Shown here: piece after piece, positions 57,429-61,963 of the stretch
How positions within the stretch are numbered: the first letter of the stretch is position 1
How the letters are laid out: each line of letters begins with the position of its first letter
Assembly (NCBI GenBank): GCA_020849425.1
Contig: JADLGH010000084.1
Coordinates: 1 to 61,963 of the forward strand
DNA length: 61,963 nt
Source: Candidatus Dadabacteria bacterium
Lineage (GTDB): Bacteria; Desulfobacterota_D; UBA1144; Nemesobacterales; UBA2774
Reading direction: 5' to 3'
The notes under the pieces: generated by a model
The model's database searches: none
What the model was told of the DNA's origin: nothing
Seen by the model: the letters and a program-made list of their open reading frames with translations, nothing else
Position numbers and translations under genes: made by a program

Positions 57429-58811
57429 ATGAGCGTTGGAAGGATTGTAGCTGTGCTCGTGATTTCCCTGATCGCCTGCCATGCGTGGCCCCACACCGAG
57501 GCTTTCGCGCAGGGCGGCGAGGATATTCAGAAGGAGCTCGGCGAGCTTAAGCAGATGATGGAGAAGATGCAGAAGAGGATCGACGACCTCGAAGAGAAGA
57601 ACAGGGCGCTCGAGGCCGAGGTCGAGAGCCGCGAGTCAGAAGAAGAGGTCGTCGTAAAAGAGGAGACGGTTACGGTGCCCGCTTCGCCGTCGCCGGGCGA
57701 GCCGCAGGGCTTTCTGAGCAAGGTCGTCCAGTCGCTGAACCCGGAAATAAGCGTCGTGGCCATGATAACCCCTACGTGGTATTCGCTTAACGACCCCGTC
57801 GTATTCGCGCACAACGACCCCGAGAATACCGGCGTCAACATGCAGGAGGTAGAGGTCGGGTTTCAGAGCGTCGTCGATCCTTATTTCAGGTTCGATTCGT
57901 TCTTTTCGTTCAGCACGGAAGGCGTGGAGATGGAAGAGGCGTACGGCACAACACTCTTCAGCATGCCGCTTAACTCGCAGCTCAGGATCGGGCGTGCGAG
58001 GGCGAAATTCGGCAGGATCAACCAGATACACAGGCACGCGCAGAACTTCGTGACGCTGCCGATAGTCGTCGCGGAGTTCCTGGGAGAGCACCTTAACCCG
58101 ACGAGCGTCGAGGCGAGCTTCCTCGTCCCCGCGCCGTGGTACCTCGAGCTCAGCGCATCCGGCGGAAGCCCGGACGTCGAGACGCCGACGTTCGGCAGGA
58201 GCCCGGACGCCAACAACCTCGGGAACCTCCTCTACATATTCCACGTGGCCAACTTCTTCGACGTCGGCGAATCGCTCGGCGTGAGCCTCGGGGCGTCTTT
58301 CGCCACGGGCAGTAACGAGTCGGGGCCGGACGAGAGGTCCAGCCTTTACGGCGTCGATTTCTTCGCCAAGTACAGGCCGCTTAAAAATAACCCCTACCAG
58401 GAAGTATCTCTACAGTCGGAGTTCATGTGGAGACAGGCCGAGACACCGGAGGAGGAGCTGGAGGATTACGGGTTTTACGTCGAGGGGATGTACAGGTTCG
58501 CCAAGAGGTGGAACACCGGGCTCAGGTTCGATTTCACGGACACCCGGACGCCTATAGAGGAGCACGAAGACGAAGACCATGACCACGAGCACGAGGAGGA
58601 GGAAGACGAGCACGGACATTCGCACGACGATATTCTCGGGCTCATGGGAAGGGCGTACCGCATATCGCCCATGCTGACCTTCAGGCCGACGGAATTTTCG
58701 AGCATACGGCTCCAGTACGATTATCTGAACCAGGACTACGGGCCGAATCAGCATGCGGTATTCCTTCAGTTCCAGTACGCGATCGGGGCGCACGGGGCGC
58801 ACCCGTTTTAA
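57429..58811 (+). CDS. Putative outer-membrane beta-barrel (porin-like) protein with an N-terminal coiled coil and a His/Asp/Glu-rich loop
   Basis: Signal peptide, heptad-like aa 31-66, alternating amphipathic strands, the loop EEHEDEDHDHEHEEEEDEHGHSHDD (nt 58557-58631), and a terminal ...FLQFQYAIGAHGAHPF ending in Phe. Confidence 0.7.
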   Translation: MSVGRIVAVLVISLIACHAWPHTEAFAQGGEDIQKELGELKQMMEKMQKRIDDLEEKNRALEAEVESRESEEEVVVKEETVTVPASPSPGEPQGFLSKVVQSLNPEISVVAMITPTWYSLNDPVVFAHNDPENTGVNMQEVEVGFQSVVDPYFRFDSFFSFSTEGVEMEEAYGTTLFSMPLNSQLRIGRARAKFGRINQIHRHAQNFVTLPIVVAEFLGEHLNPTSVEASFLVPAPWYLELSASGGSPDVETPTFGRSPDANNLGNLLYIFHVANFFDVGESLGVSLGASFATGSNESGPDERSSLYGVDFFAKYRPLKNNPYQEVSLQSEFMWRQAETPEEELEDYGFYVEGMYRFAKRWNTGLRFDFTDTRTPIEEHEDEDHDHEHEEEEDEHGHSHDDILGLMGRAYRISPMLTFRPTEFSSIRLQYDYLNQDYGPNQHAVFLQFQYAIGAHGAHPF

Positions 58812-58835
58812 ATAATCGAGGAAAGGAGACGAACG

Positions 58836-59816
58836 ATGAAAATGTTTAAATCATTTCCCGGCCTCTTGTTTTTCATAGCGGCGGCGGCAGTAATGCTGCT
58901 CGCGGGCGGAAGCGCAGAGGCGAAGGTAAGGGTGGTCACGTCCACGCCGGACTTCGCGGCGATCGCGAGGGAGATAGGCGGTGACAGGGTAGACGTCGAG
59001 AGCCTATCCAAGGGTTACCAGGACCCTCACTTCGTAGACGCGAAGCCGATATATATAACGAGGCTCAACAGGGCGGACATTCTCGTATATAACGGCCTCG
59101 ATCTCGAGATCGGGTGGCTGCCCATACTCGTCACGGGCGCGAGGAATTCGGACATAGCCACTCTTAACTCCCCCGGGAACGTGGACGCTTCGAGGTTCCT
59201 GACATTCGTCCTCGACGTGCCTACCGGCCCTGTGGACAGGTCGATGGGCGACGTTCATCCGAGGGGGAATCCGCATTACATGCTCGACCCGCGAAACGGC
59301 CTCCTTGTAGCGAAGGGCATCACGGAGAAGCTCTCCGGGATAGACCCCGAGAACGCCGCGTATTACGAGGAGAATTACAGGAATTTCGAGAAGCTGCTAG
59401 AGACCAGGATTAGCGAATGGTCGAAGGAGCTGGCGCCGTACAAGGGGACCAAGGTCGTATCCTACCACAAGAATCTCGACTACTTCACGAGGTGGGCGGG
59501 ATTCGTGGACGCGGGATACGTAGAGCCCAAGCCCGGCATACCGCCGACGCCGTCCCACGTGGCGGCGCTCATAAAGAAGATGGAGGCAGAGGACGTGAAG
59601 CTCGTCCTGGCTTCGAACTTCTATCCGCAAAAGACCCCGAGGATAATTTCGGAGAAGACGGGAGCGGTGTTCCTGTCCATCCCGACGAGCGTCGGGGGTG
59701 AAGAGGGGATAAATACGTATTTCGACCTCTTCGACGCGATCGTCGGGCAGATAACCTCGGCCCTCGGGAGCGGGTCCGGGGCGGCGGGAAGTGGGAGCTC
59801 CATGCGGAACGGATAG
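58836..59816 (+). CDS. znuA: Metal ABC transporter substrate-binding protein, ZnuA/TroA (cluster 9) family
   Basis: Signal peptide. VVTSTPDFAAIAREIGGDRV...DPHF...HPRGNPHYMLDP. There is no long His-rich loop. Confidence 0.88.
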   Translation: MKMFKSFPGLLFFIAAAAVMLLAGGSAEAKVRVVTSTPDFAAIAREIGGDRVDVESLSKGYQDPHFVDAKPIYITRLNRADILVYNGLDLEIGWLPILVTGARNSDIATLNSPGNVDASRFLTFVLDVPTGPVDRSMGDVHPRGNPHYMLDPRNGLLVAKGITEKLSGIDPENAAYYEENYRNFEKLLETRISEWSKELAPYKGTKVVSYHKNLDYFTRWAGFVDAGYVEPKPGIPPTPSHVAALIKKMEAEDVKLVLASNFYPQKTPRIISEKTGAVFLSIPTSVGGEEGINTYFDLFDAIVGQITSALGSGSGAAGSGSSMRNG

Positions 59817-59828
59817 GGCATTATTCGC

Positions 59829-59872
59829 GGCGGCCCCCGGGATTCTTACCTCCCTACACTCCCGGGGCCGCC
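59829..59872 (+). promoter_or_regulatory. Intercistronic GC-rich stem-loop between znuA and znuC
   Basis: ggcggcccccggg pairs with cccggggccgcc (12 bp with one bulged C). The loop is 19 nt and no T run follows. Confidence 0.45.
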
Positions 59873-59888
59873 CGTTTCAAGGTGGAAA

Positions 59889-60641
59889 ATGAAGAAGCTT
59901 ATAAGACTGAAGGACGTTACGATAGGGTACGACGGGAAGGCCATCCTGGGCCCGGTCGAGCTTACCATCCGAAGAGGGGAATTCACCGGCATACTAGGGC
60001 CCAACGGCGGCGGGAAGTCTACCCTCCTTAAAACAATGCTCGGCCTCGTCCCCCCCGTTTCGGGCAGCGTGGACAGGGAGCAGGACATCGTTTTCGGATA
60101 CGTCCCGCAGAACGGGCATTTCGACCCGCTCTTCCCTGTGTCCGTCGAGGAAGTCGTTTCGATGGGCCGCTACGCGAGGGCGCCCGCCGGAAGGACGCTG
60201 TCGAAGGCGGACAGGGAATGCGTGGCCCGCTCGATGGAAATGGCCGGCGTGAGCCGCCTCGCAAGGAGGACGTTCCGGTCGCTCTCGGGCGGGGAGAAGC
60301 AGAGGACCCTCATAGCCCGCGCCGTCGCGGGTGAGCCGGACGCGCTCGTCCTCGACGAGCCGACGGCCGCCGTCGACGTCAGGGGCGAGGCCGCGATAAT
60401 GGAGCTCGTCGAATCGATAAGAAAGGAGAGCGGCGCGGCCGTGATAATGGTGAGCCACTTCCTGAGGACGGCTGCAAAGTACGCAGAGCGGATAATACTC
60501 GTAGACGCGGATAAAGGCGTCTTCCGGGAAGGCGCGAAGCCTGAGCTGATGACGAGCGGCGTCCTCGCCGATTTCTTCGGGTTTAACTTCGAAAGCGACC
60601 TCGACCCGCAAACAACCGGGCCCGGCGGAGGCGGCGCATGA
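59889..60641 (+). CDS. znuC: Metal ABC transporter ATP-binding protein (ZnuC-like)
   Basis: GPNGGGKSTLL, LSGGEKQRTLIARA and LVLDEPTAAVD. Confidence 0.92.
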   Translation: MKKLIRLKDVTIGYDGKAILGPVELTIRRGEFTGILGPNGGGKSTLLKTMLGLVPPVSGSVDREQDIVFGYVPQNGHFDPLFPVSVEEVVSMGRYARAPAGRTLSKADRECVARSMEMAGVSRLARRTFRSLSGGEKQRTLIARAVAGEPDALVLDEPTAAVDVRGEAAIMELVESIRKESGAAVIMVSHFLRTAAKYAERIILVDADKGVFREGAKPELMTSGVLADFFGFNFESDLDPQTTGPGGGGA

Positions 60642-61489
60642 TAACGTTCGGAGAATTCCTCCACAGCTATTTCCTCTGGCGGGACCCGATGCTGGTCGGC
60701 GCGGCCGCGGGCGCGATATGCGGACTCCTCGGCGTCTACGTCGTCTTAAGGCGAATAATTTTCGTGAGCGCCGCGCTTACGCAGGTGTCGAGCTTCGGTG
60801 TCGCGCTAACCTTTTACATTGAAGGGCTAGGCCTCGGGGCGCTTTCGGCGGCCGTGCATCCGTTCGCGCTGTCGATAGGGCTTACCGTAGCGGCGGCCGT
60901 ATTCTTCGCGCTTAAGAAGGACTACTCCCGCATAAGCAGGGAGGGGATCATCGGTTTCGGATTCCTCGTCGCCTCGGCGGCGGTCGTCATACTGGGGGAC
61001 CGCATAACGAAGGGCTCTCACGACATCGCGAGCATACTGTTCGGGAGCGCCGTCGTCGTCGCCCCCGAGGACGTATACATCATTCCTTCCATCGCCATAG
61101 CCGTCGGGGCCATACTGCTCATCTACATGAAGGACTTCGTATTCGTCTCGTTCGACGAGGAATCGGCGCGGCTTTTTAAATACCCGGTGCGGGCGCTTAA
61201 CGCGGGGCTCATGGTGATGATAGCCGTCGTCGCCGCAGCGGCGACAAGGGCCCTGGGCGCCTTGCCGGTCTTCGCGTTCCTGGCGCTGCCGCCGCTCGCG
61301 GCGCTTTATTTCACAGAGAGATTAAAGCTTGTATTCATACTCTCGGCGGCGATGGGGGTTCTGTCCGCCGTGCTCGGATACTTTTTTTCGTTCGTGCTGT
61401 CGTTACCCACGGGCGCATCGATGGCGATGTGTGCGTGCGTATTTTTCATCGCGGGGCTCTCGTGGCGCGAGGTGCGTAAACGCGTCTGA
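60638..61489 (+). CDS. znuB: Metal ABC transporter permease (ZnuB-like, ABC-3 family)
   Basis: 283 aa and polytopic. ATGA overlap with znuC. Confidence 0.92.
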   Translation: MITFGEFLHSYFLWRDPMLVGAAAGAICGLLGVYVVLRRIIFVSAALTQVSSFGVALTFYIEGLGLGALSAAVHPFALSIGLTVAAAVFFALKKDYSRISREGIIGFGFLVASAAVVILGDRITKGSHDIASILFGSAVVVAPEDVYIIPSIAIAVGAILLIYMKDFVFVSFDEESARLFKYPVRALNAGLMVMIAVVAAAATRALGALPVFAFLALPPLAALYFTERLKLVFILSAAMGVLSAVLGYFFSFVLSLPTGASMAMCACVFFIAGLSWREVRKRV

Positions 61490-61505
61490 GCCGTGGAGGC
61501 AAAAA

Positions 61506-61963
61506 TTGAAAGGAATAATCCTGAATGGAAAGCGCGCCGGTGTCCTGTTCGCGGCGATCACGGCGGCGGTGCTCGCGGCCGGGTGCGGCGGGAAATACGA
61601 AGAGGCGGCGCGCGCCCTCGACTTCCTCAAATACGAATATTTCACGTGCACTGTCGTGAGGGTCGAGAGCGGGGACAGCTTCTTCTGCGAGCCGCCCGAC
61701 ATGAGCATGCTGAAAATAAGGCTCGCGGGGGTAGACATACCCCCGGACGAGGAAAGCGGGGCGAAGAAGTTCTCGGAATCGATCTTAAGGAGGGGGACGC
61801 TCGTTAAGGTGGAGACGGGAGAGTCGGTGGACGAGAGCGGAGGGCCGCTTAGCTACGTCTTCGTGCCGGGCGGAAAGATGCTGAACGTGCTGCTCGTCGA
61901 GAACGGCTACGCCGGGCCCGTGGCGGGAGAGCTCGACGAAAAATATAAAGACATATTCGTCGG
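61506..61963 (+). CDS. Thermonuclease (staphylococcal nuclease-like) lipoprotein, 3'-truncated by the window
   Basis: TTG lies 6 nt after GGAGG. Lipobox LAAGC. VVRVESGDSFF...IRLAGVDIPP...LSYVFVPGGKMLNVLLVENGYA. Not in the ORF track because no stop falls inside the window. Confidence 0.75.
   Translation, partial: MKGIILNGKRAGVLFAAITAAVLAAGCGGKYEEAARALDFLKYEYFTCTVVRVESGDSFFCEPPDMSMLKIRLAGVDIPPDEESGAKKFSESILRRGTLVKVETGESVDESGGPLSYVFVPGGKMLNVLLVENGYAGPVAGELDEKYKDIFV

Noticed and set aside
61493-61807. 104-aa ORF from the ORF track (MEAKIERNNPEWKARR...)
   Set aside because: It is Arg-rich and in the wrong frame. The frame starting at TTG 61506 encodes a lipobox and clear staphylococcal-nuclease motifs, and runs to the window end.

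Overview
A 62-kb chromosomal segment from a moderately GC-rich, Gram-negative-type bacterium. It encodes OmpA, HtrA, an outer-membrane barrel and lipoproteins, and codon usage favours AGG/AGA Arg and ATA Ile. About 65 genes are supported, and most are housekeeping. These include Ku-LigD NHEJ, PPK2, OsmC, NnrS, Ada, TypA, MnmG, an RpoD-family sigma factor, tRNA-Leu(CAG), prs-ctc-pth, the H+/Na+ pyrophosphatase HppA, rpsF-rpsR-rplI, Thi4, RidA, HtrA, ClpS-ClpA, TetR plus acyl-CoA dehydrogenase, Tag and a DEAD-box helicase. Several genes start at TTG or GTG behind good Shine-Dalgarno sites (mnmG, nnrS, tag, the nuclease). I found no CRISPR array, rRNA, transposase, integrase or recognisable defence genes. 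The best candidate for a poorly described system is the ~8-kb same-strand array at 53.97-61.96 kb. It opens with a strong promoter and a palindromic operator, followed by a Fur-family repressor and an ECF-type CbiM-CbiQ-CbiO importer with no CbiN. Next come a small TM protein with His/CxxC motifs, a porin-like outer-membrane protein with a 25-aa His/Asp/Glu loop, ZnuABC and a lipoprotein nuclease. Five other observations stand out. (1) Two accessory genes (a sulfotransferase and a GNAT) are broken by frameshifts, three of which are perfect 4-5-bp tandem duplications. (2) An ada gene of lower G+C is bracketed by 26-27-bp direct repeats that copy the 3' end of the neighbouring gene. (3) A 2.5-copy tandem repeat of ~111-116 bp lies upstream of mnmG. 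(4) Perfect palindromes sit directly after the -10 elements of the nnrS, fur and acyl-CoA dehydrogenase promoters. (5) Two proteins look like degenerate metalloproteins: a PCuAC fold without Cu ligands and an archaemetzincin-like protein without HExxH. All functional calls rest on motif recognition by eye, and no database search was run.
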